From Myxococcales bacterium (GTDB taxonomy: Bacteria; Myxococcota_A; Polyangia; Polyangiales; Polyangiaceae): DNA of 59,559 bases. The DNA lies in contig JAYTOU010000008.1 in NCBI GenBank assembly GCA_043747615.1, positions 1 to 59,559 of the forward strand, read 5' to 3'. Positions within the stretch are counted from its first letter, which is position 1. Each line of letters starts with the position of its first letter. The notes beneath the pieces are model-generated. The model saw only the letters and a program-made list of their open reading frames with translations, had not been told where the DNA came from and did not search any database. This document shows positions 29,356 to 40,003 of the stretch, in pieces. The translations under genes were made by a program, and so were the position numbers.

Positions 29356-30999
29356 ATGCATTCACTACGGGAGAAAGTCGGAGAGTCCGCGAGCTTCGTG
29401 GCGGCGGCGCCCTCCGCGGAACCTGAAACGTTCGGGCGCTACGTCCTCCATGCGCCGATCGCGCGCGGCGGTATGGCGACGATTCATCTTGCGCGGCTGA
29501 TCGGCGCCGAAGGCTTCAGCCGGATCGTGGCCGCAAAACGGCTTCATCCTCAGTTCACCGAAGACCCTGATTTCGTTTCGATGTTCCACGAGGAAGCGCG
29601 GATCGCCTCGAAGATTCACCATCCGAACGTCGTCCCGGTGCTCGACGTCGTCCTGGTGGGCACGGAGGTGATCCTCGTACAGGAGTACGTCCACGGCGTG
29701 CCTCTGGATCGGCTCTTCAAGGCTACGCTCGCCGACGGTCCGCCCGTGCCAATCGGGGTGGTCGTCGCGATCGTCGCGGGCGTTCTCAGCGGTCTTCACG
29801 CAGCGCACGAAACGAAGGACGAGTCAGACCAGCCGCTCAACATCGTGCACCGCGACGTGTCGCCGCAAAACGTGATGGTGAGCATGGACGGCGTTCCGCG
29901 CTTGCTGGATTTCGGCATCGCGAAGGCGGCCTCGAGCGTGTACGAGACGCGTGCCGGCCTTCTCAAGGGGAAGCTCGCGTACATGCCTCCCGAGCAGCTC
30001 GGCGGAGAAAGCGTCACCCGAACGGCGGACGTGTACTCGACGGGCGTGCTTCTGTGGGAGCTCCTCGTGAACCGTCGGCTGCACGAGGGGCGCGGCGAGA
30101 TGGACATCATCAAGGCGGTGATGGATGGCGACGTTGTGACCCTCACTGGCGCTCTGGTCGACGTGCGCGCCTCCATTCCCAATGAGCGCTGGGCGCAGAT
30201 CGTCGCTCTCGAGCCTGTCGTCGCGCGGGCCCTCTGTCGTGCTTCCGAGGACCGCTATCCGACGGCGGCCGATATGCTGGCCGCGCTCCTCGAGGCGGCT
30301 CGAGCGGCCCCGACGATGGAAGTCGCACAGTGGGTCAAGGTGCTCGGCGCGGAGTACATCGAACGTCGCCAGCAGGTGATCGCTTCGAACGAAGAGAGCT
30401 GGCGCTCGCACTCACGAATCATTGCAGCTGCCGTCGCTGAGGAGAATTCGGCCGAGTCGGGGATGAAGCTCGCGACACCCCGTTCCGAGGGGCTCGGTGC
30501 GGCGGCGCGCGCGGTCGCATCCGTCCGAGAAGCAACCAACCGCGAATCAATGAGCGCTGGCGCCGAACCTTGGTCGCCGCTCCGGCGGTCGCGCTTCGTG
30601 CCGTGGGTCATCGCTGCGGTGCTCCTCGTCTTCTCCGGAATCCTGTTGGGCGTCGTCGGCGGGCGGAGGCCGGCGGGATCGGAGGGCGTCGTCGTCCCTG
30701 TTTCCGAGGCTCCCGTGATGATCGTCGCTGCAGCGGCGCCAAAGCTTCCGGAGGCACCGGTGGCGATCATCGTACCGGCGTCGGCATTGAAGTCGCATTT
30801 GTCGCCTCCGCCGCAAGTGCGAGCGGCTCCTCCTTCGAAGGCTCCGGCAGCGCAGTCCGCCCACGCTGCTCTCAGCTCCGCCGCGGTCGCGTCGATCGCG
30901 CCCTCGATCTCGCCGCCTGCGTCGAAGCGCGAGATCGACTGCAGTCCGCCGTTCTATTTCGAGGGCAACAAGAAGCTCTACAAACCAGGTTGTCTTTGA
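29356..30999 (+). CDS. Membrane Ser/Thr protein kinase (Pkn type)
   Basis: ARGGMATI, AAKRL, HRDVSPQN, DFGIAK, YMPPEQ, TM helix, terminal CSPPFY..KLYKPGCL. Confidence 0.96.
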   Translation: MHSLREKVGESASFVAAAPSAEPETFGRYVLHAPIARGGMATIHLARLIGAEGFSRIVAAKRLHPQFTEDPDFVSMFHEEARIASKIHHPNVVPVLDVVLVGTEVILVQEYVHGVPLDRLFKATLADGPPVPIGVVVAIVAGVLSGLHAAHETKDESDQPLNIVHRDVSPQNVMVSMDGVPRLLDFGIAKAASSVYETRAGLLKGKLAYMPPEQLGGESVTRTADVYSTGVLLWELLVNRRLHEGRGEMDIIKAVMDGDVVTLTGALVDVRASIPNERWAQIVALEPVVARALCRASEDRYPTAADMLAALLEAARAAPTMEVAQWVKVLGAEYIERRQQVIASNEESWRSHSRIIAAAVAEENSAESGMKLATPRSEGLGAAARAVASVREATNRESMSAGAEPWSPLRRSRFVPWVIAAVLLVFSGILLGVVGGRRPAGSEGVVVPVSEAPVMIVAAAAPKLPEAPVAIIVPASALKSHLSPPPQVRAAPPSKAPAAQSAHAALSSAAVASIAPSISPPASKREIDCSPPFYFEGNKKLYKPGCL

Positions 31000-31029
31000 C
31001 TCGCGTCGACCCACGAGGAGAAATCACGA

Positions 31030-31902
31030 ATGAGAATCCGTTACGCGGTCATGGCATCACTCGGCGGCCTTTCCTTGCTTCTGGCCGCACAGGAATGCGC
31101 TGCATCATCCAAGGAGGAGTGCGTCGACGCTCATAGCCGGGGGCAGGACTTGCGCGAGAAGGGCCAGCTCACTCGCGCGCGCCAAATGTTCATGACCTGC
31201 GCGCAGAGCGCTTGCCCTGGGCTGATCCAGGCTGATTGCGCGCGCTACGGAGACGACCTCGACCACGCGGTACCGAGCGTCAGCTTCGGCGCCCGCGACG
31301 GCGCGTCGACCGATCTTCCCAACACCTCGGTGTACGTGGACGACCAGCTCCTCGCAATGCGCCTCGACGACGGCAAGTCGTACGACCTCGACCCGGGCAA
31401 GCACACCGTCCGCTTCGTGCACGACGGCAGAGAGACAAGCATGAACGTCGTCCTCAATCAGGGAGAAAAGGGGCGCGGTCTCATCGCGATTTTCCAGGAC
31501 GCTGGCAGCTCGCGAAGCACCACGGATTTCAATGCGGCGTTCGCGCAACCGAAGCGCTCGGCGTTTCCCCTGGTCGTCGCGGGGCTCGGCGCCGCGGCGG
31601 TGGTAACCGGCGGTGTTCTGCTCGCCATCGGGCTCACCAAGGTGCCGGACAGTTGCTCGATGTCCACGAGGGAGTGCACCGCCCCGCCGGGGGATCCCTC
31701 GTTCAATGACGCGCATCGCGGAGTGTCGATGGCCAACATCGGTGTGGCCGTGGGCATCGGTGGCGCGGTGGCGCTCGCCGGTGGGCTCATTTGGTATGCG
31801 GCGCAGCCGACCAAGCCGCGGACTGAGAGTGCCGCAGTGAAGCTCGTTCAACCGTGGACCGCTCGCGGAGCGGGGGGCGTTGCACTCGGGGGCCGCTTCT
31901 AA
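31030..31902 (+). CDS. Kinase-associated exported protein (Cys-helical N-domain, PEGA-like domain, C-terminal hydrophobic helices)
   Basis: GAGGAG RBS; signal peptide; CVDAH..C..SACP..DC; VYVDD..LDPGKHTVRF; ends GGRF. Confidence 0.75.
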   Translation: MRIRYAVMASLGGLSLLLAAQECAASSKEECVDAHSRGQDLREKGQLTRARQMFMTCAQSACPGLIQADCARYGDDLDHAVPSVSFGARDGASTDLPNTSVYVDDQLLAMRLDDGKSYDLDPGKHTVRFVHDGRETSMNVVLNQGEKGRGLIAIFQDAGSSRSTTDFNAAFAQPKRSAFPLVVAGLGAAAVVTGGVLLAIGLTKVPDSCSMSTRECTAPPGDPSFNDAHRGVSMANIGVAVGIGGAVALAGGLIWYAAQPTKPRTESAAVKLVQPWTARGAGGVALGGRF

Positions 31903-31906
31903 AAGC

Positions 31907-33298
31907 TCAGCGCGTGCCGAGACCGTGCTTCTGCAGAAGCCGATGCAGGTACATGCGATCCATCCCGCCGGTGCGCGCGGCCTTGCTGATATTTCCTCCG
32001 GCCGCAGCGAGGAGCGCCGTGAGGTAGGCGATCTCGAAGGCGTCGACCACCGCGTCTTTCGCGCGCGTGAAGGGAACGTTGATGTCTACCGAGCTCGGCG
32101 GTGCATCGGAGTCTTGGCTGCGGCGACGAGACGTTGGCGCGGACTCCTTCAAGACGACGCTCCGCGCGACGTAGTTTCGAAGCTCGCGAACGTTGCCGGG
32201 CCAGTCGTGAGTGCCGAGCTCTGCGATCACCCGCGCGGGAAAGAGCGACTCCTGCTCGGGCACTCCGAGCATCGCGAGAAATCCGCGGATCAAGACGGGC
32301 AGATCCTCGAGGCGTTCGCGGAGAGACGGGACCCTCACGTTCATCACCGCAAGCCGGAAATAAAGGTCTTCCCTGAAGCGGCCTCTATTCAGCTCGCGCT
32401 CGAGGTTGCGGTTCGTCGCCGCCACCACGCGGACGTCGACCTTGCGCGTCCGCGTCTCGCCCACCCGCCGGATCTCCTGCGACTCGAGCGCGCGGAGCAA
32501 CTTCGGCTGAAGCTCGAGAGGGAGCTCGCCCACCTCATCGAGAAAGACGGTACCGCCGTTGGCCGTCTCGAAGGCGCCGACGCGGTCTCGCTCCGCGCCC
32601 GTGAACGCCCCCCGCACGTGACCGAAGAGCTCGCTCTCCACGAGGCTCGGAGAAATCGCGCCGCAGTCGACGATCACGAAAGGCTTGTCCGCCCTCGGCC
32701 CGCGCTGGACGATCTCGGTCGCCACCAGCTCTTTGCCGGTGCCGCTCTCGCCTTCGATGAGGACGTTGATCTCGCTTGCCGCCACTTTTTCCAGCAGGAC
32801 GAAGAGCTTCTTCATCGCCAGCCCCGTACCGCTGAGAGCACCGAAAGACGGGATCAGCGGGACGGCGAGCTCGTCTCCCGCCTCCATCGTCTGCACGTGA
32901 ATGTTCGAATCGCCGAGGGTCAGCGTTCCTTCGGCGCCGAGCTCCGCGTCGCGTACGCGCACGCCATCGAGCTTCGTTCCGTTCGACGAACCGCTGTCGA
33001 CGAGCCGCCACACGTTTCCCTCGCGGGTGAGGCGGCAGTGAAACCGAGAGACGGCGGGATCGCGAAGCGCGAGATCGTTCGAAGCGTGAGATCCGATCCT
33101 GCACACCTCGCCGACGTGGATCATGCGCCGCTCGCCAAATCCGGATTCTCGCTCGACGGTGAGGATGAGCTTTGGGACGGCGATCCCCACCAGATTTCTC
33201 ACCGCATGGATCGACGGATCTTGCTTGAGGACCGTAGTTTCAAGGGTGGGAAACGATCCGGGTGCCATGGATTCGGGATTGGACGGCCGTCGCTTCAT
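31907..33298 (-). CDS. FHA-domain sigma54-dependent enhancer-binding protein
   Basis: FHA IGS..VSRFH..SSNGT; GESGTGKE, GAFTGA, FLDEVGE, FREDLYFRL, WPGNVREL; Fis-type HTH. Confidence 0.95.
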   Translation of the reverse strand: MKRRPSNPESMAPGSFPTLETTVLKQDPSIHAVRNLVGIAVPKLILTVERESGFGERRMIHVGEVCRIGSHASNDLALRDPAVSRFHCRLTREGNVWRLVDSGSSNGTKLDGVRVRDAELGAEGTLTLGDSNIHVQTMEAGDELAVPLIPSFGALSGTGLAMKKLFVLLEKVAASEINVLIEGESGTGKELVATEIVQRGPRADKPFVIVDCGAISPSLVESELFGHVRGAFTGAERDRVGAFETANGGTVFLDEVGELPLELQPKLLRALESQEIRRVGETRTRKVDVRVVAATNRNLERELNRGRFREDLYFRLAVMNVRVPSLRERLEDLPVLIRGFLAMLGVPEQESLFPARVIAELGTHDWPGNVRELRNYVARSVVLKESAPTSRRRSQDSDAPPSSVDINVPFTRAKDAVVDAFEIAYLTALLAAAGGNISKAARTGGMDRMYLHRLLQKHGLGTR

Positions 33299-33329
33299 GG
33301 CAAGCGAATGATGACACACCGCACGCGCC

Positions 33330-36300
33330 TCAGGAAGGTAGGGTCGGCGGCGGAGGTGCCCCCGCTCTTAGTACGAGCGTCGCGAAAGGCGGAAGCATGC
33401 CGAGCGTGGCGATGGTCGACGTCAGCAGCCCGCCGATCACCGCGATGGCCAGGGGACGCTGGAGCTCCGCTCCCGCACCGATACCGAGAGCCAGGGGAAG
33501 AAGGCCTGCCAGCGTCGCGAGGGTGGTCATCAATACTGGACGCAGCCTCCGCTCGCTCGCGGCGACCACCGCCTCGACGGCTTCGACGCCGGCATCGAAT
33601 TGCTTTTCAGCCTCTTCGAGGAGGAGGACTCCGTTCTTCACCACCAGCCCCACGAGGAGGACGCAGCCCATGAGAGACGACGCGTTGAGCGGCGCCCGCG
33701 TCACGAGAAGCGAGAGCACCGCGCCGACGATCGCAATGGGAACGGAGCTGAGAACGAGAAGCGCGAGCCGAAAGCGGCGAAACTGCCCGCCGAGAACGGT
33801 GAGCACGAGAAGCACGGCGATGCCCGCAACGGTCGCAAGATCATGCATCGTGGCGCGCTGACTTTCGATCTGTCCCCCGAGAACGACGCGGTACCCCTGC
33901 GGAAGCTGCATCTTCTGGACGATCTTCTCGACGTCGTCGGCGACCGCGCCGAGATCGCGACCCTCGTGATCGGCGGAGATGGGGACGAGCGGTTGCAAGG
34001 CCTCGTGCATGAGTTGCGAGGGCGAGACGGTAGAGACCGGATCGGTCACTGCGGCGAAGTTGGTGACGCGCTCCTTGGCCGCGAAGGGCAAGTCGAGGAC
34101 GCGGATGGGATCGAAGCGGATGGGATTCGGATAGCGAACGCGCACGCCCACCAGACGATCGAAGCGGCGGATCGAGCCGATCAATGAGCCCCGGAGGGCC
34201 GTCGAGAGCTGGGCGCTCAGGGCATCGGGCGTCACGCCGAGGCGGGCGGCTTCGTCGCGGCGGGTCACGAAGCGGAGCTCCGGCGCGTCACGTTCGTGCC
34301 CTCTGTAAAGATCGACGAGCCCATCGACGTGCTCGAGCTGATCGGAGAGCGCATCGCCAAGCTCGTTCAGCTTTCCGTAATCCGGGCCGAACAGCTTCAC
34401 CTCGATTGGCCGCGGATTGCCGGAGAGATCGTTGAGCACGTCCTGCAGCACCTGGAGGAACTCGATCCGCACCTCGGGATAGTTCGTGCCGATGCGCTCA
34501 CGAAGGTCGGCGATGATCTCGTCGGAGGACCTGGTTCTGTCACCGCGGGGAGCGAGGCGCACCATGATGTCGCCGCGATTGAGCTGGGTGGCTGCCGCTG
34601 GCCCGAGCTCGGCGCCAGTGCGGCGAGAGAAGGTGCGCACCTCAGGTGTCTTCCGGAGCTCGTCTTCCACGTTGCGCGCGAACGTCTCGGTGACCGGAAG
34701 CGACGTCGACGCAGGGAGAAAATAATCGACGACGAACGCGCCTTCATCCATCGACGGGAGAAAGCCCCGCGCGAGAAACGGAGCGAGGACGACGCCGAGA
34801 GCGAGGAAGGCAACGAATGCCGAGCCCGCGAGCCCGGGGTGACTCGTCAGGCGGCGGACCACGCGATCGTAGGCTCCGGGCGCGCTCTCTACCTTGGGCT
34901 TCGCCGAGAGCCCAAAGCCAGCCGCGAGAGGAACGAGGACGATGGCCACGACCAGCGAAATGACCACGGCCACGGTCACGGTGAAGGCCAGCGCGCGGAA
35001 GAAATCTCCCACGATGCCCTCGAGAAATGCGAGCGGCACGAAGACGACGACGGTGGTCAACGTCGTTCCGACGACCGCGGGAGCGAGCTCGATGGTGCCG
35101 CGCGTGGCTGCCGTTTCGGGATCTGCTCCGGCGTCTCGATGCCGCGCGATGGCCTCGATCATCACGATCGCGTCGTCGACCACCAGGCCGATGGCCACTG
35201 CCATTCCTCCGAGCGACATGAGGTTCAGCGTCTGGTGCGCGATCTTCATGACCCCGAAGCTGATGGCGAGGGTGATGGGTACGGAGAGCGCGGCGAGGAT
35301 CCCGGCCCGAAGATCGCGCAAGAACGCCGCGATGACGACGGCGCACAAAAAAATCCCAAGGAGGATCGCATCGCGAACGCTGGCCATCGACTCGCGGACC
35401 AAACTCGCCTGATCGTAGACGGGCACGATGGTCACCCCGGGGGGAAGCGTCGGCGCGAGGTCGCGAGCAACGGCGATCGCGCGGTCGACCACTTCGGGGG
35501 TGCTCGCGCCTGGTAGGCGAGCGATGCTGAGCACCACCGTTTCTCCAAGCGGACCACCGATCCGTACCAGCCGATCCTCCGCCCCTTCGACTACTTCGGC
35601 GATGGCAGAGAGCGGAACTACTCCGCCGTTCGGCGCCGGCGCAACGGGCATCTCTCGGATGTCCGCCAGCGTCCGCGGCTGAGAATCGGCGAGGACGGTC
35701 ACGAGCTGCCGATCACGATCGACGCGACCGACCGCGTTCAGCCCCATCCCGACGCGAAGCGCATCGGCCACGTCGGCCGGTGTGAGATGGAGCGCTGCGG
35801 TCGCCTCGGGATTGAGCACGATCTCGACCTCGCGGACGTCTCCGCCAAGGACCTCGATGCGGCCCACTCCCTGAACGTTTGCGATCGCAGGACGAACCAC
35901 GAACTCCGCCACTTCCCGCAGTTGACGCGGATCGACGGCGCCCGCGATGTTGAAGGTCACGACAGGAAAGGATCCCGTCGTCACCTTCTCGACGAGGATC
36001 TCCGCGTCGGGCGGGAGCGACGAACGCACCTCGGCGACGCGCGCCTCGACCAGTTGAAGAGCGCGCCACATGTCCGTGTCAGGCGTGAACTGCAGCGAAA
36101 TTTCCGTGGCTCCGCGGATGGTCTTGGAGCGAATGCGTCTGACGCCGAGGACCGTGGTGAGAGTCTGCTCGAGCGGGCGGGTGGTGGCGGTGAGAAAGAC
36201 GTCCGGAGGCGCGCCTCCCGTGCGAGCGACGACGACGATCCGAGGAAATTCGATCTCCGGATAAATCCCGCTCGGCATGCCGACCGCCGAGCCAATGCCG

Positions 36301-36374
36301 AGCGCGACGAGGAGCCCCGTTGCCAACCACACCACGACGGCGCGCCTTCGCAGGAGGGCGAGGACGGCGGTCAT
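33330..36374 (-). CDS. RND efflux permease (CzcA/CusA-like)
   Basis: GLVVDDAIV, PSMDEG, RLRPVLMT, QRPLAIAVIGG; 1014 aa. Confidence 0.95.
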   Translation of the reverse strand: MTAVLALLRRRAVVVWLATGLLVALGIGSAVGMPSGIYPEIEFPRIVVVARTGGAPPDVFLTATTRPLEQTLTTVLGVRRIRSKTIRGATEISLQFTPDTDMWRALQLVEARVAEVRSSLPPDAEILVEKVTTGSFPVVTFNIAGAVDPRQLREVAEFVVRPAIANVQGVGRIEVLGGDVREVEIVLNPEATAALHLTPADVADALRVGMGLNAVGRVDRDRQLVTVLADSQPRTLADIREMPVAPAPNGGVVPLSAIAEVVEGAEDRLVRIGGPLGETVVLSIARLPGASTPEVVDRAIAVARDLAPTLPPGVTIVPVYDQASLVRESMASVRDAILLGIFLCAVVIAAFLRDLRAGILAALSVPITLAISFGVMKIAHQTLNLMSLGGMAVAIGLVVDDAIVMIEAIARHRDAGADPETAATRGTIELAPAVVGTTLTTVVVFVPLAFLEGIVGDFFRALAFTVTVAVVISLVVAIVLVPLAAGFGLSAKPKVESAPGAYDRVVRRLTSHPGLAGSAFVAFLALGVVLAPFLARGFLPSMDEGAFVVDYFLPASTSLPVTETFARNVEDELRKTPEVRTFSRRTGAELGPAAATQLNRGDIMVRLAPRGDRTRSSDEIIADLRERIGTNYPEVRIEFLQVLQDVLNDLSGNPRPIEVKLFGPDYGKLNELGDALSDQLEHVDGLVDLYRGHERDAPELRFVTRRDEAARLGVTPDALSAQLSTALRGSLIGSIRRFDRLVGVRVRYPNPIRFDPIRVLDLPFAAKERVTNFAAVTDPVSTVSPSQLMHEALQPLVPISADHEGRDLGAVADDVEKIVQKMQLPQGYRVVLGGQIESQRATMHDLATVAGIAVLLVLTVLGGQFRRFRLALLVLSSVPIAIVGAVLSLLVTRAPLNASSLMGCVLLVGLVVKNGVLLLEEAEKQFDAGVEAVEAVVAASERRLRPVLMTTLATLAGLLPLALGIGAGAELQRPLAIAVIGGLLTSTIATLGMLPPFATLVLRAGAPPPPTLPS

Positions 36375-37438
36375 TTCGCCTCGATGATGGCAGTCCCGTT
36401 GTCGAGCCCGAGGACGTGGTCGGTAGCGATCTTGTCGCTCGCGACGAGGCCGCCCGTGACCTCTGCGCGCTGATCGTCACGCCAGCCGACGGCGATCGAT
36501 CGTATTTCGATCTTCCCGTCCTTGCAGATTGCGACCTCGGAGCCGTCGGCCACTGCACCTCGCATGGCGGATGCGGGGATCACCAGATCCGCGTTGCGGC
36601 GCTGCACCGTTACGATCACCCGTCCAAACGCGCCCATCGGGCTCCCGTCGGTCACGTTCGTGAGGAGAACGCGGGCCGTGCCGAGGCCGGTCGTTGCTTC
36701 GAGCGCATTCGACCGCGTACGCACGGTCCCCGCGAAGCCTGCGTCACCACTGAGAAGCGAGCCTCGCGCCTCCTGACCCTCGCGAAGAAGCGGAAGGTCG
36801 CGCTGGGTCACGTCGGCCACGAACTCCACGCCTTGCACCGCCGCGAGCTGAACGATCGGCGTGGCGGCGGTTCCATCGACGAGCGCACCCGGCCCACGCC
36901 AAACTTTGGTGACGATGCCTGCGAACGACGAGCGCACGAGCACCTTGCCGAGAGTACGACGCGCCAGATCGGTGGAGGCGTTCGACGAGTTCATCGCGGC
37001 ATGCGCGGCGTCCGCTTTGGCAATCGCGTCCTCGAGCTCCTGGCGAGCCGCGATGCCCCGAGCGACGAGAGCGCGCGTGCGCTCGAGGGTCGATTCCGCG
37101 TTGACCTCCGCGGCGCGAGCCTGCGCACGGCCCGCTTCCGCCTGGCTCAGGATATCGCGGGAAGGAGCGTCATCGACGCTCGCCACGAGATCTCCGCTCG
37201 CGATTCGCTGACCCTCGTGAACCGCAACGTTCACCACCTTGCCGGCGACTTGCGACGCCACCGGAAGATCACCCCCAGGCGGCGGCTCGAGACGACCACG
37301 CAGGGTGACCGTCTCGTCGATCGACTCGCGCTTCGGCGCCACGCAGTGCACCGCGGTCGGCGTAACTTTTTCCGCAGGCACGGCGTGATGACATCCGGCC
37401 GCGAGGGCGACGGCGAGGGCGAGCGTGACGCTTTTCAT
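36371..37438 (-). CDS. RND membrane fusion protein (lipoprotein)
   Basis: Lipobox AAGC; lipoyl-like VAGKV..V.EGQ; alpha-hairpin; VIPASA. Confidence 0.92.
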   Translation of the reverse strand: MKSVTLALAVALAAGCHHAVPAEKVTPTAVHCVAPKRESIDETVTLRGRLEPPPGGDLPVASQVAGKVVNVAVHEGQRIASGDLVASVDDAPSRDILSQAEAGRAQARAAEVNAESTLERTRALVARGIAARQELEDAIAKADAAHAAMNSSNASTDLARRTLGKVLVRSSFAGIVTKVWRGPGALVDGTAATPIVQLAAVQGVEFVADVTQRDLPLLREGQEARGSLLSGDAGFAGTVRTRSNALEATTGLGTARVLLTNVTDGSPMGAFGRVIVTVQRRNADLVIPASAMRGAVADGSEVAICKDGKIEIRSIAVGWRDDQRAEVTGGLVASDKIATDHVLGLDNGTAIIEAK

Positions 37439-38646
37439 GGCTGCCCCACCGCGTGCTCTACATCAATCCAAGCGTTGGCGCGTGCGGCGAGCGCGTCGAG
37501 GAGAGAGAGCTTGGAGTCGATGCGTACACGCTGCGCATCGAGCACCGCGACGAGTTGCGCGCGTCCGAGCGTGTACGACTCTTCGGTCGCGACGGCGGCG
37601 GCATCCGCTGCGGGGACCACGCCCAGTGAGAGCGCGTTGCTTCGGGCGGTTGCGGCGGCGAAGGTGCGGTAGGCCACTTCGAGCGCAGCCCGTGCGCGCG
37701 TACGCTCGACGCTTTCTCTTGCTCTCGCTGCGCCGAACGCGGCCTGCTCACGCTCGATAAACGCGCCGCGTTGGTTGAAGACCGGGACCTCGACGCCAAG
37801 TTGCGCGCGGTAGTTAGGTGCGGGCATGGTCGGATCGCCAATGTCGGTTCCAAGCTCGAGGCTGAGTCCCGGCCTCACGAGGGCGCGTTCGCGCGAAGCG
37901 CGTGCCTGCGCTGCACGGGCGTCCGCGACTTCCCGGCGAATGGCAGGATTGGCCCCGAGCTGCGCCACCAGATCGTTGAAGGGGGGCGGCGCGGAAGGCA
38001 CACCGGGCTCACCCGCCGCGCGGAGCATGGCCCCATCGAGCGATCCCATCCATCGCGCGAGATCACCCCCCGCTGCAAAAACCAGCTCCGCTGCTTGCGC
38101 CGCGTCCGCCTCGGCCCGCAATCTCTCCGCTCGCGCCCGAAGAGCGTCGAGCTCCGGTGCAGCCCCGAGCGCTACGCGTTCGGTGATGGTGTGCTCGAGT
38201 CGGGCCGTCAGGAGCGCTGCGTCGAGCCGCGCCTTGGCCGTTCTTTCTGCGATCCAGAGCGCGACGAAGGCGTGCGCTGCGGCAGCCCGGACGTCTGTCC
38301 AGGCGACTTCGCCGTCAACGCGCACGGTCGCAAGATCGGCTTCACTCGCGCGGATCGCCGCTCCTCGTTGACCCAGAATGATCAAGGGCACCGACGCACC
38401 GAAGGACGCTCGCGCCGCCTGGGTCGAGGTGCCTGCGAAAAATATCGGGTTTGGATAAGTCCCTGCGATCCCGACTTCCGCGCGCGCAATGGACTCACGA
38501 CTACGCGCCACGATGAGATCCGGCGCCGCTTGGTGCGCACGCGCGAGGACGTCCGCATAGGACACGCGCTGCTCCGCCTGAGCAAGCGCAAGCGACGAGT
38601 GGATGAGCTGCGTGGCGATGAGGAGGCCACGAAGTGTGGCTCGCAT
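37435..38646 (-). CDS. TolC family outer membrane efflux protein
   Basis: Signal peptide; YPNP, VPVFNQRG, SYTLG; 4-bp overlap with the MFP gene. Confidence 0.9.
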   Translation of the reverse strand: MRATLRGLLIATQLIHSSLALAQAEQRVSYADVLARAHQAAPDLIVARSRESIARAEVGIAGTYPNPIFFAGTSTQAARASFGASVPLIILGQRGAAIRASEADLATVRVDGEVAWTDVRAAAAHAFVALWIAERTAKARLDAALLTARLEHTITERVALGAAPELDALRARAERLRAEADAAQAAELVFAAGGDLARWMGSLDGAMLRAAGEPGVPSAPPPFNDLVAQLGANPAIRREVADARAAQARASRERALVRPGLSLELGTDIGDPTMPAPNYRAQLGVEVPVFNQRGAFIEREQAAFGAARARESVERTRARAALEVAYRTFAAATARSNALSLGVVPAADAAAVATEESYTLGRAQLVAVLDAQRVRIDSKLSLLDALAARANAWIDVEHAVGQP

Positions 38647-38667
38647 GCCCGACCGTACCCCGCTCTC

Positions 38668-38684
38668 CTGAACGGCGGCTTAAC
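38668..38684 (-). promoter_or_regulatory. Putative OmpR-family direct-repeat operator upstream of tolC
   Basis: Minus strand GTTAAG-CCGCC-GTTCAG (11-bp period), followed by a TACGGT -10-like element 5 nt before ATG. Confidence 0.55.
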
Positions 38685-38701
38685 GCGACCGGAGTGACGT
38701 C

Positions 38702-40003
38702 TCAGTCGTGCCAGTTCACGACCGAGCGAAACGTCATCGATACCTCCAGGCCTTCGCCCGCGGGGTTTGGACGCACCTCGGCACGACCACCGTGCGACTC
38801 GGCGACCGCACGCACGAGCGCAAGGCCAAGACCACTCCCATCGCCGTCAGCGACCGCGCGCCAGTAGCGATCGAACATCTTCGCGCGCGCGGCTTCGGGG
38901 AGACCGGGCCCATCGTCGAGCACCGCTATCCGCACGCCGCCTTCGTCGCGACTCACCTGCACCTTGGTGGCAGCGTGTCCGCTGTATTTCTGGGCGTTCT
39001 CGAGAAGGTTCCGGAGCGCGAGCTCCACCAGGTGCGCGTCGGCGTGCACGAGCGCTTCGTCGGGAGCGTCGACCAGCGTGGCGGGCGCGGCGACTTCGCG
39101 TACGAGATCGGCGAGGTTGACCAGAGAGGTTGGCTCGAGCACGACGCGCGGACGCGACAGGAGCAGGATCGCGTCGACAACCCGCGCCATGCGGTCCACG
39201 TCGGCGAGCAGCCGTGCCCCGATCCCGTCGTTCGTCGGCCCCATCGTCTCGACCTCGCCGCGCATCGCCGTGAGCGAGGTCCGGAGCTCGTGCGCGATGT
39301 GGGCGCTCGACGCGCGCTCGCGGTGAAGAGCATCGATGAGACGACGCACGAGAGCGTCGAAAGACGCGGCCAGCTGCTCGACCTCCGCAACCGTAGCGTC
39401 GCGCGGCGGTGGGGGAAGAGTGTCGGCGTCGCTCACGGCGCGTGACCACAGCGCAAGCTCGCGCAGCGACGTGAGAAGCCCACGCACGGCAGCTCGGGTG
39501 GCGAGGGCCGTCGCCGAGACGGTGCCGATGACGATGAGGAAAAGCCACATGCCGACTCGCCTCAGCGCGGCGTGCTGCCAGCCGGTGGGAATCCCGACGA
39601 TCGCCCGCGTGCTCCCTGCACGGGCCGCGCACCCCCGCCACACCTCGCCGTTCGTTCCGATCGCTCCGCCGCAGGTGCCGGGCTGGAGACCGGCGAGCGC
39701 GGGCGGCACCTCGAGTGCTCCGCGATTTTCCAGAGTGTCCTGCCGGAGCATCACGCACACGCCGTCAGCATCGGCGGCGAGGAGCGTCTCCCGCGCGGCA
39801 GCTTCGGGCGTGTCACCCTCCGCTCGCTCGGCAGCGAGCATGCTCAGGGCCGCTTGCGCACGACGCCGCGCCGAGTCGTCGGCCCCCATCTCGAGCGTGC
39901 TCGCCGTGATTGCATAGGCGCCTCCCGCAACCGCGAGGAGCGCGGTGCCGACTAGCACGACGAGGCGCCGTCTCAGGCTTGTTTCGAGCGAGCGAGATTC
40001 CAT
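38702..40003 (-). CDS. Sensor histidine kinase
   Basis: Two TM helices, HAMP, AHELRT, NLLENA, DDGPG, GSGLGL; ATG 40003. Confidence 0.94.
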   Translation of the reverse strand: MESRSLETSLRRRLVVLVGTALLAVAGGAYAITASTLEMGADDSARRRAQAALSMLAAERAEGDTPEAAARETLLAADADGVCVMLRQDTLENRGALEVPPALAGLQPGTCGGAIGTNGEVWRGCAARAGSTRAIVGIPTGWQHAALRRVGMWLFLIVIGTVSATALATRAAVRGLLTSLRELALWSRAVSDADTLPPPPRDATVAEVEQLAASFDALVRRLIDALHRERASSAHIAHELRTSLTAMRGEVETMGPTNDGIGARLLADVDRMARVVDAILLLSRPRVVLEPTSLVNLADLVREVAAPATLVDAPDEALVHADAHLVELALRNLLENAQKYSGHAATKVQVSRDEGGVRIAVLDDGPGLPEAARAKMFDRYWRAVADGDGSGLGLALVRAVAESHGGRAEVRPNPAGEGLEVSMTFRSVVNWHD

